Source: Vicinamibacterales bacterium (GTDB lineage Bacteria; Acidobacteriota; Vicinamibacteria; Vicinamibacterales; UBA2999). Taken from it: a stretch of 64,000 bases of DNA. The DNA is taken from assembly GCA_035711805.1 (NCBI GenBank), contig DASTBV010000113.1, positions 348-64,347 on the forward strand, in the 5' to 3' direction. The position numbers and the translations under genes were made by a program. A model generated the notes under the pieces. The model did not search any database, was not told the origin of the DNA, and worked only from the letters and a program-made list of their open reading frames with translations. Positions 17,753 through 28,533 of the stretch are shown here, in pieces. Numbering within the stretch: position 1 is the stretch's first letter; each line of letters starts with the position of its first letter.

Positions 17753-19390
17753 CTATCCCACAGCCATCAGGTCGAACTGCTCGTGATGGAGCTGGACGTC
17801 CGGCTTCACTGAAATCTCGCGGCCCAGTGACTGCTTCAGATCGCGGAACACGGCCCGCTCCTCGTCCCGGAGGGCGCGCGCGATATCCGGATTGACGCGC
17901 AGGACGAGGCTTTGGCCGTTCAGATCGGCGGAAATCTTTTTCACTTCAGCCAGGATCTCGTAGCAGATGGTCGAGCTGGACTTGATGACGGAGCTGCCCG
18001 CGCAGTACGGGCAGGGGTCGGTCAGGACGCGCTCGAGGCTCTGCTTCACCCGTTTACGGGTGATGATGACGAGGCCGAAATCCGAGACCTGAATCGCCTT
18101 CGACGGCGCGCGATCCTTCCGAAGTTCCTGCTCGACGGTCTGGAACACCTTCTGCCGGTTCTTCTTCTCCTCCATGTCGATGAAGTCCAGCACGATGATC
18201 CCGCCCAGGTCGCGCAGCCGGATCTGGCGGACGATCTCCTTCACCGCTTCGAGGTTGGTTTTGAGGATGGTGTCCTCCAGGCGGCCGGCCGTTTTTTTGC
18301 CGACGTAGCGCCCGGTATTGACGTCGATGGCGACGAGCGCCTCGGTCTGATTGATGACGATCGATCCGCCGGACTTCAGCCAGACCTTGCTGCGGAGCGC
18401 GCGGTCGATTTCGGCCTGAACGCCGTACTCCTCGAAGATGGGGTACTCCTTCTCGAACAGCCTCACCTTCGACGCCAGCGACGGCATGATCCGCTCGATC
18501 AGCTCGAGGACGCGGCGGTGCTCGGTCGCGTTGTCGATGCGGATGGCGGAGAACTCTTCCGTGAGGAGATCGCGCAGCAGCTTGGCGACGAGGCTTTGCT
18601 CCTGGTAGACGACGGCGGGCGCGCGCGACGTTTCGGCCTTCTGCCGGATCTCCGTCCACACCCGGTGGAAGTAGCTGAGATCCGACACGATGTCCTCTTT
18701 GGCGCGGCCGCCGGCGGCGGTCCGGATGATGACACCGCCCGTGAACCCGTGCTGCTCGCGGAACTCGCGGACGATCCCGCGCAGGCGGCTGCGTTCGTCA
18801 CGCGACTCGATTTTGCGGGAGACGCCGACGTGGTCCACGGTCGGCATGAACACCAGGAAGCGTCCCGGCATCGTCGCGTGCGACGTCAGGCGCGCGCCTT
18901 TGGTGCCGAGCGGCTCCTTCGCTACCTGGACGATGATCTCCTGGCCTTCCTTCAGGAGATCTTCGATCTTCGGCTCGGGCCCCTTGTCGCGCTCACGATC
19001 GCGCCGGCTGCCGCCGCCAGTGGGGCGGGCCACGCCACCCCAACGCGCCGGCGCGTTGGGGGCCCCGGGGTCGGGCCCGCCAGGCGAACCCGAAGAGTTC
19101 GCCCCACGGGACCCGTTGGCGGGTTCCTCCTCGTCCGTCTCGAGGCGATCGAACTCTTCGAACGTCGCGACGACGTCGGTAACGTAGAGGAAGCCGTCGC
19201 GCTCGAGGCCGAGGTCAACGAACGCCGACTGCATGCCGGGTAAGACCTTCGATACCCGGCCCTTGTACAAGTTCCCGACAACGCCGCGCGAGCGCTCCCG
19301 CTCGATGAAAATTTCCGCGACCTGATCTTCCTCGAGGATGGCGACCCGTGTTTCGTGGGCGCTCGAGGAGATGATCATCTCCTTGGTCAT
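17753..19390 (-). CDS. rng: ribonuclease G/E family endoribonuclease
   Basis: Trimmed to ATG 19390 (MTKEMIISSS..). S1 domain GNLYKGRVSKVLPGMQSAFVDLG, then catalytic blocks ..GGIIVLDFIDM... About 50 extra low-complexity residues follow the S1 domain. Confidence 0.85.
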   Translation of the reverse strand: MTKEMIISSSAHETRVAILEEDQVAEIFIERERSRGVVGNLYKGRVSKVLPGMQSAFVDLGLERDGFLYVTDVVATFEEFDRLETDEEEPANGSRGANSSGSPGGPDPGAPNAPARWGGVARPTGGGSRRDRERDKGPEPKIEDLLKEGQEIIVQVAKEPLGTKGARLTSHATMPGRFLVFMPTVDHVGVSRKIESRDERSRLRGIVREFREQHGFTGGVIIRTAAGGRAKEDIVSDLSYFHRVWTEIRQKAETSRAPAVVYQEQSLVAKLLRDLLTEEFSAIRIDNATEHRRVLELIERIMPSLASKVRLFEKEYPIFEEYGVQAEIDRALRSKVWLKSGGSIVINQTEALVAIDVNTGRYVGKKTAGRLEDTILKTNLEAVKEIVRQIRLRDLGGIIVLDFIDMEEKKNRQKVFQTVEQELRKDRAPSKAIQVSDFGLVIITRKRVKQSLERVLTDPCPYCAGSSVIKSSSTICYEILAEVKKISADLNGQSLVLRVNPDIARALRDEERAVFRDLKQSLGREISVKPDVQLHHEQFDLMAVG

Positions 19391-19506
19391 GCCCGTAGCT
19401 CTCCGGGAGCCGCCGCCGAGGCGCACCAGTCCCTGCTGCGTGCACGAGCACGACCGACAGCAGGATCCAGAAGAGCGCAGGCATCAGCAAATCAGCCCCT
19501 GACAAA

Positions 19507-20604
19507 TCAATTCGTAAACCGCCGCATCCGCACGTTGAGAATCAGGCCGAATCCCGCGAGCGTCGCGATCATCGAAGAGCCGCCGTAGCTCATGAGCGGT
19601 AGCGTCAAACCCTTGACCGGCAGCAGGCCGGCCGACATCGCAATGTTGTAAACCACCTGGAACGTGAAAGTGGCGAGCACTCCGAGCACCAGGTAGGCGC
19701 CGAGGCGGTCTTTGGCCAACCTGGCCGCCTCGAGCGAACGCAAAATCACGAACAGATATAACCCGAGCGCCGCGACGACGCCCACGAATCCACGCTCCTC
19801 GGCCCATACCGAGAAGATGAAGTCGTTGTGTGCCACGGGCAGAAACCGCAGCTGACCCTGCGTTCCGCCCTGGAATCCCTTGCCGAACGGCCCGCCGGAC
19901 CCGACCGTGATGCGGGCCTGAATCTGCTGATACCCGGCGCCGCGCGCGTCCTGCGACGGGTTGATGAACGTCGAAATCCGTTCTTTCTGATAATCCTTGA
20001 GCGCGAACTTCCACGCGACGGGCGCCGCCAGCAATGCGGCGATCGCCAGAATCCCGAAGATACGCATGGGCATGCCGGCCACGTAGGCCGCTGCAAACAG
20101 CACCGGCACCAGCGTCACCGCGGTGCCAAGGTCGGGCTGCTGCGTAATCAGCAGCAGCGGCACGGCCGTGATCGCCCCGGCGATGAGAAAGTCGCCGCGT
20201 GTGACGGCGCCGCGCCGGCTTTCTCCGAAGAACTTTGCGAGCACCAGCGCCAGCGTCGCCTTGGCGAATTCCGACGGCTGCAGATTCATCGGACCCAGAT
20301 CGATCCATCGCCGCGACCCGCCGCGGACGACGCCGAACACGAGCACGCCGATCAACAGCGCAACGATGGCGATATACAGAAAGTGGGACTTGTCGGCGAG
20401 CGAACGGTAGTCGATGGTCAGCGCAATCAACAGCGCAACGAATCCGATCAGGATCGCCCAGATCTGCGTATAGAAGATGCTGCTCACGCCGGACTGCTGG
20501 TTGTACGTGGCGCTGTAGATCTGCATCAGACCGATCAGGCAGAGCGCGAGAATCGCGCCGACCATCGCCCAGTCCACGTGGTGATACAACCGTCGTTCGA
20601 ACAT
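19507..20604 (-). CDS. rodA: rod shape-determining protein RodA (SEDS family)
   Basis: 365-aa polytopic protein. FtsW/RodA blocks ..QPSEFAK.., ..HNDFIFSV.., ..GLTLPLMSYGGSS... Sits directly after mrdA. Confidence 0.85.
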   Translation of the reverse strand: MFERRLYHHVDWAMVGAILALCLIGLMQIYSATYNQQSGVSSIFYTQIWAILIGFVALLIALTIDYRSLADKSHFLYIAIVALLIGVLVFGVVRGGSRRWIDLGPMNLQPSEFAKATLALVLAKFFGESRRGAVTRGDFLIAGAITAVPLLLITQQPDLGTAVTLVPVLFAAAYVAGMPMRIFGILAIAALLAAPVAWKFALKDYQKERISTFINPSQDARGAGYQQIQARITVGSGGPFGKGFQGGTQGQLRFLPVAHNDFIFSVWAEERGFVGVVAALGLYLFVILRSLEAARLAKDRLGAYLVLGVLATFTFQVVYNIAMSAGLLPVKGLTLPLMSYGGSSMIATLAGFGLILNVRMRRFTN

Positions 20605-22539
20605 CTACTGTGCCGCCGTCCGTGAATGCAGCGGTCGCGCGTCGGCGACTTCCACCGCCGGAAGCGCCGGCGGCGAATCAGGATCGTCGACCGGCGGCTC
20701 ATTGGACGGCTTCTCTCCCAGCACCGGAAGCGGCTTGCCTTCCTTCTTGGCGAAATACGTTTCGATCACGTGCCTGGCGATAGGTGCACCGAGGTAGCCG
20801 TGCTCGTTATGCTCCCCGAAGATCACGCCAGCGATCTGCGGGTTGTCCTTCGGGGCGAAGAACACGAACCAGCCGTGGTCCCGCAGGTCGCGGCCGCTGT
20901 TGCGCGCCCGCGCCCGGCCCTCATTCGAGATCACCTGCGCGGTTCCGGTCTTTCCCGCGACGTCGCGACCGTCGACGCGACCGCGGCGGCCGGTGCCGGC
21001 AGCGTTGACGACCATCCACAGTCCATCGTGCAGCGCGGCGAGCGTGTCGGGCCGGAACGCCACGCGGTCCGCGACCGCCTTCAGCGGCACAGGCGTCCAC
21101 CCATTCCCCTGGTCGATCGCCTTTACGACGTGCGGCGTGATGCGCGTACCGCCGTTGGCCACGGTGGCAATCATGTTCGCGAGGCCAGCCGGAGTGACCG
21201 ACACCTGCCCCTGGCCGATGGCGACCGAAATCGTTTCACCGGGATACCAGCGCTCCCCGGTGCGCTTCAGTTTCCACTCCGTGTTCGGAACGAGGCTCTC
21301 CTGCTCGTTCGGCAGGTCGATCCCGGTCTTGCCGGCGAGGCCGAGCTTCTCCGCCCACTTGTAGATGCGGTCCACGCCGAGCATGTTGCCGAGCGTGTAG
21401 AAGTAGGTGTTGCACGACTTCTCCATCGCGTGGCGCATGTCCACGCTGCCGTGACCGCCTCGCAGATGGCACTTGTAGAAGCGCCCGTAGAAGTTGGCGC
21501 CCCCGGCGCAGTTCACGCGGAAGTTCGAGTCGACGAGCCCTTCTTCCATGGCCGCCGTCGCCACGACGATCTTGAACGTCGACCCTGGCGAGTAGCGGCC
21601 CTGCAGCACGCGGTTCGTCAATGGGCGCAGCTTGTCGGTGGTCAGGGCCGACCACGTGGCGCTCTTGACGCCGGCGGCGAAATCGTTCGGGTCGTAGGAC
21701 GGAGTGCTGGCGTGGACCAGCACTTCGCCGGTGCGCGGATCCATGATGAGCGCGGCACCGTTGAAGCCCGCATGGCGGAATCCGTCTTCCGCCGCCTTCT
21801 GCAGGTCGTAGTCGATCGTCAGCTGAACGCGGCGGCCTTCGGTCGGCGGAATCTTGTCCAGCTCGCGGATCTCGCGCCCCACGCTGTTGACGACAACGCT
21901 CTTGGCGCCGTCCTGCCCCATCAGCACCGCGTTGTAGACCTTCTCGACGCCGAACTTGCCGACAATGGCGTTTTGCGAGAGCCCTTCGGCTTTCACCTGG
22001 TCCTCGTCGGCCTGCCCGACGTAGCCGAAAAGGTGCGCCGCCATTGCGTCGGCCGGGTACTTCCGTGTGGGAACCTGTTCCACCGACAGCTCCGGCAACT
22101 CGCGTTGCCGCGACAGGACCCGCACCGCCTGCTCGAGCGACGCGTCCTGGACGATCACAACGGGCCGATACACGGGCTCGGACTTGACGTGGCGATCGAC
22201 GGCTTGCTTCACCTGCTCGGCGTCCAGGCCGAGCAGTGCGGATGCCGTGCGAATGGTCTCCGCGATGTCTTTCGTCAGCTCGCGATCGATCGAAATGGTG
22301 AACGAGTCGCGATTCTCGACGAGCACGCGGCCCTCGCGATCGAACAGCACGCCGCGCGGCGCCCGCAACGACAGCGTCCGCTGGTAGTTGCTGTTCGCCA
22401 TCTCGACGTACTTGTCGGTCTGGACGACCTGGAGCACCCAGAAACAGATCGCCAGCGCGGCGAACCAGATGATGGCTCCGACCTGCAGTACGGACACGCG
22501 CGACGATATCCGCCGTCGATCTTCTGTTGGTGCGGCCAC
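20605..22539 (-). CDS. mrdA: penicillin-binding protein 2 (elongasome transpeptidase)
   Basis: PBP dimerisation plus transpeptidase blocks (..STFKIV.., ..SCN.., ..KTGTAQ..). I prefer GTG 22539, preceded by GGGAG. The track start, TTG 22569, lies inside the repeat element. Confidence 0.8.
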   Translation of the reverse strand: MAAPTEDRRRISSRVSVLQVGAIIWFAALAICFWVLQVVQTDKYVEMANSNYQRTLSLRAPRGVLFDREGRVLVENRDSFTISIDRELTKDIAETIRTASALLGLDAEQVKQAVDRHVKSEPVYRPVVIVQDASLEQAVRVLSRQRELPELSVEQVPTRKYPADAMAAHLFGYVGQADEDQVKAEGLSQNAIVGKFGVEKVYNAVLMGQDGAKSVVVNSVGREIRELDKIPPTEGRRVQLTIDYDLQKAAEDGFRHAGFNGAALIMDPRTGEVLVHASTPSYDPNDFAAGVKSATWSALTTDKLRPLTNRVLQGRYSPGSTFKIVVATAAMEEGLVDSNFRVNCAGGANFYGRFYKCHLRGGHGSVDMRHAMEKSCNTYFYTLGNMLGVDRIYKWAEKLGLAGKTGIDLPNEQESLVPNTEWKLKRTGERWYPGETISVAIGQGQVSVTPAGLANMIATVANGGTRITPHVVKAIDQGNGWTPVPLKAVADRVAFRPDTLAALHDGLWMVVNAAGTGRRGRVDGRDVAGKTGTAQVISNEGRARARNSGRDLRDHGWFVFFAPKDNPQIAGVIFGEHNEHGYLGAPIARHVIETYFAKKEGKPLPVLGEKPSNEPPVDDPDSPPALPAVEVADARPLHSRTAAQ

Positions 22540-22546
22540 CGCTAGA

Positions 22547-22620
22547 AACTCCCAACTCCCAACCGCCAACTCCCAACGACCAACTCCAAGTCTTGGGAGT
22601 TGGGAATTGGGACTTGGAGG
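22547..22620. repeat. heptamer micro-repeat palindrome (AACTCCC-type arm / GGGAGTT-type arm)
   Basis: AACTCCC AACTCCC AACCGCC AACTCCC AACGACC AACTCC-aagtctt-GGGAGTT GGGAATT GGGACTT GGAGG. Lies in the mreD|mrdA spacer. Confidence 0.85.
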
Positions 22621-22635
22621 TTATCCAGTGTCACC

Positions 22636-23139
22636 CTATCGTCGCCCCCGCCGCGACCGCCGTCGTTCGACGATGCCCGGAAGCGACTCGATGATGCCAA
22701 ACGCCACGATGCCGACCAGCGCGTTGCCCAGCGCCTGCGCCGCCAGCGGCTTCCACGGCGACGGAAACGCGCGCAGGTCCAGGACGTAATACAGCCCCAT
22801 GAACACCGCCCCGTGCAGCACCGTCGCCGCGACGAAGATCACCAGCCGCGGCAACGCGGCAGTGACGATGAACTGCTGTCCGAACGCTCCGGCCAGGAAA
22901 CCGACGATCGTCTTCGCCAGCCCGCCGATCCCGATGACGCCGCTCGACAGCGCGTCCTGGATCAGGCCCGCCGCGCTCCCTGCCAGCATCCCGCCAACCG
23001 GGCCAATCGTCAACGCCACGGCAACGACCGCGACAAGCACGAGGTCGACTGCCGCCGAGCCGCCCACGACGAACCGCGCCAGCGTGGTCTGCAGCCCCAG
23101 CGCGAGCGCGATCGCGATGAAAACCGCGAGCGCTTTCAC
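22636..23139 (-). CDS. mreD: rod shape-determining protein MreD
   Basis: 167-aa, 5-TM protein downstream of mreC, overlapping its stop. Confidence 0.7.
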   Translation of the reverse strand: MKALAVFIAIALALGLQTTLARFVVGGSAAVDLVLVAVVAVALTIGPVGGMLAGSAAGLIQDALSSGVIGIGGLAKTIVGFLAGAFGQQFIVTAALPRLVIFVAATVLHGAVFMGLYYVLDLRAFPSPWKPLAAQALGNALVGIVAFGIIESLPGIVERRRSRRGRR

Positions 23140-24008
23140 CGCTTACCGTCGTCGGCCGTCTCCGACGGAGGGTCCGGCGCCTTCAGCACCACCAGCACTG
23201 CTTCCAGGGCGGCAAAATCCACGGCCGGCTTCACCCGGATGCGCCATTCGCCGCCGGGGCGTTCCACCGATTGTATCTCCCCGACCGGCACACCTTTAGG
23301 GTAGATGCCGTCAATTCCGGATGTCACGACGCGGTCGCCAGGCTTCACGTCGGCGCTGCTCGGAACGTAGTTGAGGCTGATCATGCCGGCCTTGAACCCG
23401 AGTTCTTCCCCGCTTCCCAGCCCTTCGACAACGCCGTTGACGCGCGACCGTTCGATCAGGACGCCGGCGGCAGCGTCGCGGTCGATGATCAGCTGCACCT
23501 TCGCCGCGCGCGCGGTCGGCATCAGAATCCGTCCGACGATCCCCGCGGGAGAGATCACGGCCATGTCGGGACGTAAGCCGTCCTGCGTCCCCTTGTCGAT
23601 GGTAATCGTGCGGAACTCGGGATCGGCTCCGCTGCCGATCACCATCGCGGCAGCGGTCTCGAAACTGGTGGCCGACCTCAGGTCGAGCAGCTGCTGCAGC
23701 GTCCGCGTCTGCTGCGCGACGCTCCGCTCCTGTTCGAGCGAGACACGCAGCTTGGTCACCTCCTGCTTCAACTGGTCGTTCTCGCGCCGGATCTCCTGCA
23801 GCGCAAAGTAGTTCTGCCAGCCCTCACGGGCGCTGCCGAATGCCGACGTCGCCCCCCGCTGCATCTCCGCAAACGCGCCAAACGTCACTTCCTGCAGCAC
23901 CGGCACGCCGCGCTTGGTGGTGACCTGGGCGGAAATCAGAATGATGTGGGACACGACAATCGCGCCGAATAACCAGCCGGTGCGCTGTCGAATATCGAGA
24001 AGGGCCAT
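23136..24008 (-). CDS. mreC: rod shape-determining protein MreC
   Basis: N-terminal TM, coiled coil (..ENDQLKQEVTKLRVSLEQE..) and beta-barrel domains (..GDRVVTSGIDGIYPKGVPVGEI..). Confidence 0.8.
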   Translation of the reverse strand: MALLDIRQRTGWLFGAIVVSHIILISAQVTTKRGVPVLQEVTFGAFAEMQRGATSAFGSAREGWQNYFALQEIRRENDQLKQEVTKLRVSLEQERSVAQQTRTLQQLLDLRSATSFETAAAMVIGSGADPEFRTITIDKGTQDGLRPDMAVISPAGIVGRILMPTARAAKVQLIIDRDAAAGVLIERSRVNGVVEGLGSGEELGFKAGMISLNYVPSSADVKPGDRVVTSGIDGIYPKGVPVGEIQSVERPGGEWRIRVKPAVDFAALEAVLVVLKAPDPPSETADDGKR

Positions 24009-24032
24009 TGCCTGAACAAACCGCGCTCACTG

Positions 24033-24111
24033 CCACGGGCCACGGAGGCGCGAAGGCACGGAGCGGTGAACGCTGATCCTCTGTGTCTCCGTGGCTCCGT
24101 GGCCTGCGTGG
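24033..24111. repeat. CACGGAG/CTCCGTG micro-repeat palindrome, copy 1
   Basis: CCACGGGCCACGGAGGCGCGAAGGCACGGAG-loop-CTCTGTGTCTCCGTGGCTCCGTGGCCTGCGTGG. Lies in the mreB|mreC spacer. Confidence 0.85.
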
Positions 24112-24123
24112 GCGCGCATGGCG

Positions 24124-25149
24124 CTAGTCGATGGAGATTTTCCGCAGCAGGTTGAAGTCCGACAGCATCTTCCCGGCGCCGAGCACGACCGACGACAGTG
24201 GATCCTCGGCCATCGCCAGCGGCAACCCGGTTTCCTCGCGGAGACGCTTGTCGAGATTCTTCAGCAGCGAGCCGCCGCCCGTGAGCACGATCCCGCGATC
24301 GACGATGTCGGCCGACAGTTCCGGCGGCGTGCGCTCCAGCGCCACGCGCACCGCGTCGACGATGACATTGACCGTTTCGGCCAGGGCCTCGCGAATCTCC
24401 TCGTCGCTGATGGTGATCGTCTTCGGCACGCCTTCGATGAGATGACGCCCTTTGATCTCCATCGTCATCCGCTCGTCGAGCTTGTAGGCGGAGCCGATCT
24501 CCATCTTGATCTGCTCGGCGGTTCGTTCACCGATGAGGAGGTTGTACGTCTTCTTGATGTACTGGATGATCGCTTCGTCCATCTCATTGCCGGCCACGCG
24601 CACCGCTTTGCTGTAGACGATGCCGGCGAGCGAGATCACCGCGATGTCGGTGGTGCCGCCGCCGATGTCCACGATCATGTTGCCCGACGGTTCGGTGATC
24701 GGCATGCCGGCGCCGATCGCCGCCGCCATCGCCTCTTCGACGAGGTGGACCTCGCTCGCTTTGGCGCGGTAGGCGCTGTCCTTCACCGCGCGCTTTTCAA
24801 CCTGCGTGATTTCCGACGGGACGCCGATGACGATGCGGGGGCGCACCCAGACGTTGCGGTTGTGCGCCTTCTTGATGAAGTAGGTCAGCATCTTCTCGGT
24901 GACCTCGAAATCGGCGATGACGCCGTCCTTCATCGGTTTGATCGCCACGATGTTGCCCGGTGTCCGGCCGAGCATCTCCTTGGCGTCCTTGCCAACGGCT
25001 TCAACGCGGCCGTTGACTTTGTTGATGGCGACAATCGACGGTTCGTTGACCACGATGCCCTTCCCGCGCGCGTAGACGCAGGTGTTGGCGGTACCGAGGT
25101 CGATCGCGAGATCGCTGGAGAAGAGCGACAGGAACGAGCCGAGAGGCAT
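24124..25149 (-). CDS. mreB: rod shape-determining actin homologue MreB
   Basis: [14 protein letters not shown].., ..VIGVPS.., ..[13 protein letters not shown]... Full length, 341 aa. Confidence 0.95.
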   Translation of the reverse strand: MPLGSFLSLFSSDLAIDLGTANTCVYARGKGIVVNEPSIVAINKVNGRVEAVGKDAKEMLGRTPGNIVAIKPMKDGVIADFEVTEKMLTYFIKKAHNRNVWVRPRIVIGVPSEITQVEKRAVKDSAYRAKASEVHLVEEAMAAAIGAGMPITEPSGNMIVDIGGGTTDIAVISLAGIVYSKAVRVAGNEMDEAIIQYIKKTYNLLIGERTAEQIKMEIGSAYKLDERMTMEIKGRHLIEGVPKTITISDEEIREALAETVNVIVDAVRVALERTPPELSADIVDRGIVLTGGGSLLKNLDKRLREETGLPLAMAEDPLSSVVLGAGKMLSDFNLLRKISID

Positions 25150-25206
25150 AGGTATCTTTGATTTCCGATCGTTGATTTGTGATTGGCTGGTGAATGGTGA
25201 TTGGGA

Positions 25207-26313
25207 TCACAACTCACTAACCGCAAATGCTTGTATCCCGTTCTTGCCGGACGCCTTCACCCGGTACATGGCCGCGTCCGCCGCTCGTAGTAATTCTTCG
25301 GCCGATCCGGCCGAATCCGGCAGAGTGGCCACCCCAATGGACACCGTTAAATGCACCGAAAGGCCGTCCGAGGCCAGGAATTGAGCCGCGCCCACCCGCT
25401 CCCGGATGCGCGCCGCCACCGAAAATGCGCCGTCCCGGCCGGTATCCGGCAGAATCAGGGCGAATTCGTCCCCCCCGAACCGCGCCACGATGTCGGTCTC
25501 CCGGGCGCAACCGCGGACGATGGCGGCCGTTTCGGCGAGCGCCTTGCTCCCGGCCAGGTGGCCGTGGTTGTCGTTGACCGTCTTGAACCCGTCCAGGTCG
25601 AGGAACAGCAGCGACAGCGGGCGGCCGTGGCGCGAGGCCCGTTTGGTCTCGCGGCGGAGCGCCTGGTTGAGGTAACGGCTGTTGTAGAGCCGGGTCAGGT
25701 CGTCGGTCACCGACAAGGCCTCCGCTTTCTGCAGGGCGGTTGCGTTATCGAGGGCAATGGCGGCGGGCTCGAGCACCGTGCGGACGGCGGCCACCAGCGC
25801 CGCGCCCAGCGCCGGGGCGGCTTTCGATGGAACCGGGTCAAGGCCGACGAGCGCCCCGACCGTCTTGTGACGGCATATCAGGGGAAACGCGATGGCCGTC
25901 CCGGCGGCCCCGGGCGTGGCCCGGGAGTCCTTCGTCAGGTCGCGGGACGCGAACTCGACGCCGTGGCGGAACACCCAGTTTGCCGATGTCCAGAGCGACG
26001 GGCCGAGGCTCGGCGTCAGTCCGACATCGGCCAACACGTTCAACTGCCCGTTGGTGTCGTGGGCGACGACCGCCCAGCATGGCGCCGGCAGCCAGTCGTG
26101 CGCCTGGCGGACGAGCCAGTCGGCAATCTTCTTCGGGTCCAGCGACTCGTTGGATTCCCGGACGGATTCAACGATGGCGTCCCGATGGTCGAGGCGGGCG
26201 CGGAGAGCGCGGATGCGCCCCTTGAGCCGGGCCGCGAAATCGGCCCGCCGGCCGCCGCGCGAACCGCGGGACGCGACGTGAAGCTTCGAGGAAATCGGTT
26301 TCACCGATGGCAA
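25207..26313 (-). CDS. diguanylate cyclase (GAF-like sensor + GGDEF)
   Basis: ..SLLFLDLDGFKTVND.. and ..RFGGDEFALIL.. (active GGDEF). The N-terminal half is GAF-like. Confidence 0.85.
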   Translation of the reverse strand: MPSVKPISSKLHVASRGSRGGRRADFAARLKGRIRALRARLDHRDAIVESVRESNESLDPKKIADWLVRQAHDWLPAPCWAVVAHDTNGQLNVLADVGLTPSLGPSLWTSANWVFRHGVEFASRDLTKDSRATPGAAGTAIAFPLICRHKTVGALVGLDPVPSKAAPALGAALVAAVRTVLEPAAIALDNATALQKAEALSVTDDLTRLYNSRYLNQALRRETKRASRHGRPLSLLFLDLDGFKTVNDNHGHLAGSKALAETAAIVRGCARETDIVARFGGDEFALILPDTGRDGAFSVAARIRERVGAAQFLASDGLSVHLTVSIGVATLPDSAGSAEELLRAADAAMYRVKASGKNGIQAFAVSEL

Positions 26314-26424
26314 CGGAAGGCGGTGCTGCTCGGCGACGCCGCTCAGCGCGCTAAGTCCTTATAGGTGTACCAAATATACCACCTTTCATGGTACGATGAC
26401 GTTTTTCGTCGAGGGAATTCGTCC

Positions 26425-28362
26425 ATGACCATGCTCGATCGCATGCGTCGGCACCGCGGCTGGCTGAAGTGGAGCCTTGGCCTGGTCGCGGTGACGATGG
26501 TGATCTTTTTCATTCCGCAGGACTATCTGCAGCCGACCACGTCGGTTGGCGCCGCGCCCGGTGAGGCCATCGCCGAGGTCGAGGGACAGAAGCTGACCGC
26601 TGGCGACTTCCAGCAGCGCTACCTCCTGCAGATGCAGAACTACCGCGACCAGTTCGGCGCCGGCATGAGCGATCAGCTGCTGCGGCAGCTTGGCGTCGAT
26701 CAGCAGGTCCTCACGCAGATGATCGACGAGCAGGTGGCGCTGCTCGAAGCCGACCGCCACGGCATCACCGTCAGCGACGAAGAGCTCGCGCAGCAGATTT
26801 TCGCGATTCCGCAGCTGCAGGAGAACGGCCGTTTCATCGGCGAGGAGCGCTACGAGCAGCTGCTGCTCTCGCAGAACCCGCCGCTGACGAAGTCGCAGTT
26901 CGAGGATTCACTGCGCCGCAACCTGATCCTGGACAAGCTGCGGTCGGCCCTCACCGACTGGATCGCCGTGTCCGACTCCGAGCTCGAAAGTGAATACCGT
27001 CGCCGCAACGAGAAGGCCAAGCTCCAGGTCGTGGCGCTCACCGCCGACAAATTCCGATCGCAGGTCACCGTCACCGACGCCGACGTCGCCGCGTACTTCG
27101 ACTCGCACAAGACGGACTATCGCGTCGGCGAGCAGCGCAAGGTGAAATACCTGCTGCTCGACCGCGAGCAGGCGCGTCAGCGCGTGGCGGTGCCGCCCAA
27201 CGATATCCAGCGCTATTACAACGACAACATTCAGCAGTACCAGACGCCCGAGCGGGTGCGCGCCAGCCACATCCTGCTGAACACCGGCGGCAAGGACGAA
27301 ACGGCCGTCCGCAAGCAGGCCGAGGAGCTGCTGGCGAAGGTGAAGGCGGGCGGGGACTTCGCCGCACTCGCGAAGCAGTATTCCGAGGATCCAGGCAGCA
27401 AGGAGAAAGGCGGCGATCTCGATTTCTTCCCGCGCGGCCAGATGGTGCCGGAGTTCGAGGCGAGCGCGTTCTCGCTGATGCCGGGACAGGTCAGCGATCT
27501 CGTGAAGACGCAGTACGGTTTCCACATCATCAAGGTCGTGGACAAGCAGGCCGCGACGACGCAACCGCTGGAGCAGGTGCGCCCGCGCATCCAGGAAATC
27601 CTCGCGTCCCAGATTGCCGATCGGCAGATTACGGAACGATCACAGCAGCTTGCCAGTCGCGTGAAGAATCCCGCCGATCTGGACAAGGTGGCCGCGGAGC
27701 TCGGGCTGAAGGTCGAGGAAAGCGGCTTCTTTCAGCGCGCCGAGCCGGTGCCGGGACTGGGCGCTGCGCCCCAGGTCGCGGACGCGGCCTTCACGATGCA
27801 GAACAACGCGGTCAGTGAGCCGCTGGCGTCCTCGCGCGGTCCGGTCTTCATCACGGTGACCGGCACGAAAGAGGCGTACACACCCAACCTGGACGAGGTC
27901 AAGGATCGGGCGCGCGAAGACCTGATTCGCTCACGGGCCACCGACTTGAGCCGCCAGCGCGCGGCGGCGATCGCGGCGCAGCTGAAGTCGGCGTCGGACT
28001 TCGCGGCGGCGGCGAAGGCGCAGGGCTTCGAGGCCAAGGAAAGCGAGCTGGTCGCCCGTGGCAGCGCGCTGCCCGACGTCGGCGTCAGTGCCGAGGTCGA
28101 GAAGGTGGCGTTCGCACTGCCGAAGGGCGGGATCAGCGATCCGATTCAGACCCCCAATGCCACCGTCATCGTCCGCGTCGTCGATCGTGATGACGTGACG
28201 CCGGAGGAGTTCCGGCTGGCGCGTGAGCGTTTCCGCGCCGAGCTCGTGAACGAGCGCCGCGCGCGCTTCTTCGCCTCGTACATGACCAAGGCAAAGGAGC
28301 GGCTGAAGATTGAAGTGAAGGCCGACGTGATCCGCCGGCTCCTCGACGCGCAGCAGATCTGA
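26425..28362 (+). CDS. PpiD/SurA-like periplasmic chaperone with a parvulin PPIase domain
   Basis: Trimmed to ATG 26425 ([29 protein letters not shown] = TM anchor). Parvulin block [28 protein letters not shown]. Confidence 0.8.
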   Translation: MTMLDRMRRHRGWLKWSLGLVAVTMVIFFIPQDYLQPTTSVGAAPGEAIAEVEGQKLTAGDFQQRYLLQMQNYRDQFGAGMSDQLLRQLGVDQQVLTQMIDEQVALLEADRHGITVSDEELAQQIFAIPQLQENGRFIGEERYEQLLLSQNPPLTKSQFEDSLRRNLILDKLRSALTDWIAVSDSELESEYRRRNEKAKLQVVALTADKFRSQVTVTDADVAAYFDSHKTDYRVGEQRKVKYLLLDREQARQRVAVPPNDIQRYYNDNIQQYQTPERVRASHILLNTGGKDETAVRKQAEELLAKVKAGGDFAALAKQYSEDPGSKEKGGDLDFFPRGQMVPEFEASAFSLMPGQVSDLVKTQYGFHIIKVVDKQAATTQPLEQVRPRIQEILASQIADRQITERSQQLASRVKNPADLDKVAAELGLKVEESGFFQRAEPVPGLGAAPQVADAAFTMQNNAVSEPLASSRGPVFITVTGTKEAYTPNLDEVKDRAREDLIRSRATDLSRQRAAAIAAQLKSASDFAAAAKAQGFEAKESELVARGSALPDVGVSAEVEKVAFALPKGGISDPIQTPNATVIVRVVDRDDVTPEEFRLARERFRAELVNERRARFFASYMTKAKERLKIEVKADVIRRLLDAQQI

Positions 28363-28441
28363 GGCATGCAGACTTCGTCAAGGTGACACGGACGGCGATG
28401 AACAGCACGTCGTCGTGTGCGGTGCGGTAGATTGGGGAGCG

Positions 28442-28533
28442 GGGACCAGGGACCAGGGACCAGGGACCAGGGACCAGGGATCAGGGGTCGGGGATCGGGG
28501 ATCAAGTAGAGGCCGACCTTTAGGTCGGCCTTT
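28442..28533. repeat. 9 x 7-bp tandem array (GGGACCA x5, GGGATCA, GGGGTCG, GGGATCG, GGGATCA) followed by a REP hairpin
   Basis: Array 28442-28504. Hairpin AGGCCGACC-ttta-GGTCGGCCT at about 28509-28530. Lies between convergent ppiD-like and CPBP genes; the CPBP stop sits in the hairpin. Confidence 0.9.

Noticed and set aside
24033-24111. CACGGAG repeats as a CsrA/RsmA-type GGA-motif sponge RNA.
   Set aside because: The GGA-containing arm is always matched by a complementary arm that would sequester it. Sister elements with the same architecture use words lacking GGA (TTCAGAA, GGCCTCA, AACTCCC). I saw no csrA in the window.
26313-26425. Imperfect inverted repeat GGTGTACC..ATACCACC in the divergent GGDEF / ppiD-like spacer, as a possible operator.
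   Set aside because: Symmetry is weak (one-nt register mismatch, short arms) and no regulator is encoded nearby. Not enough to call.
28442-28504. Could any of the tandem arrays (7-10 bp units, or 24 bp x3 at 9837-9908) be CRISPR arrays?
   Set aside because: The units are directly abutting with no spacers and are far shorter than CRISPR repeats. No cas genes or leader are present.
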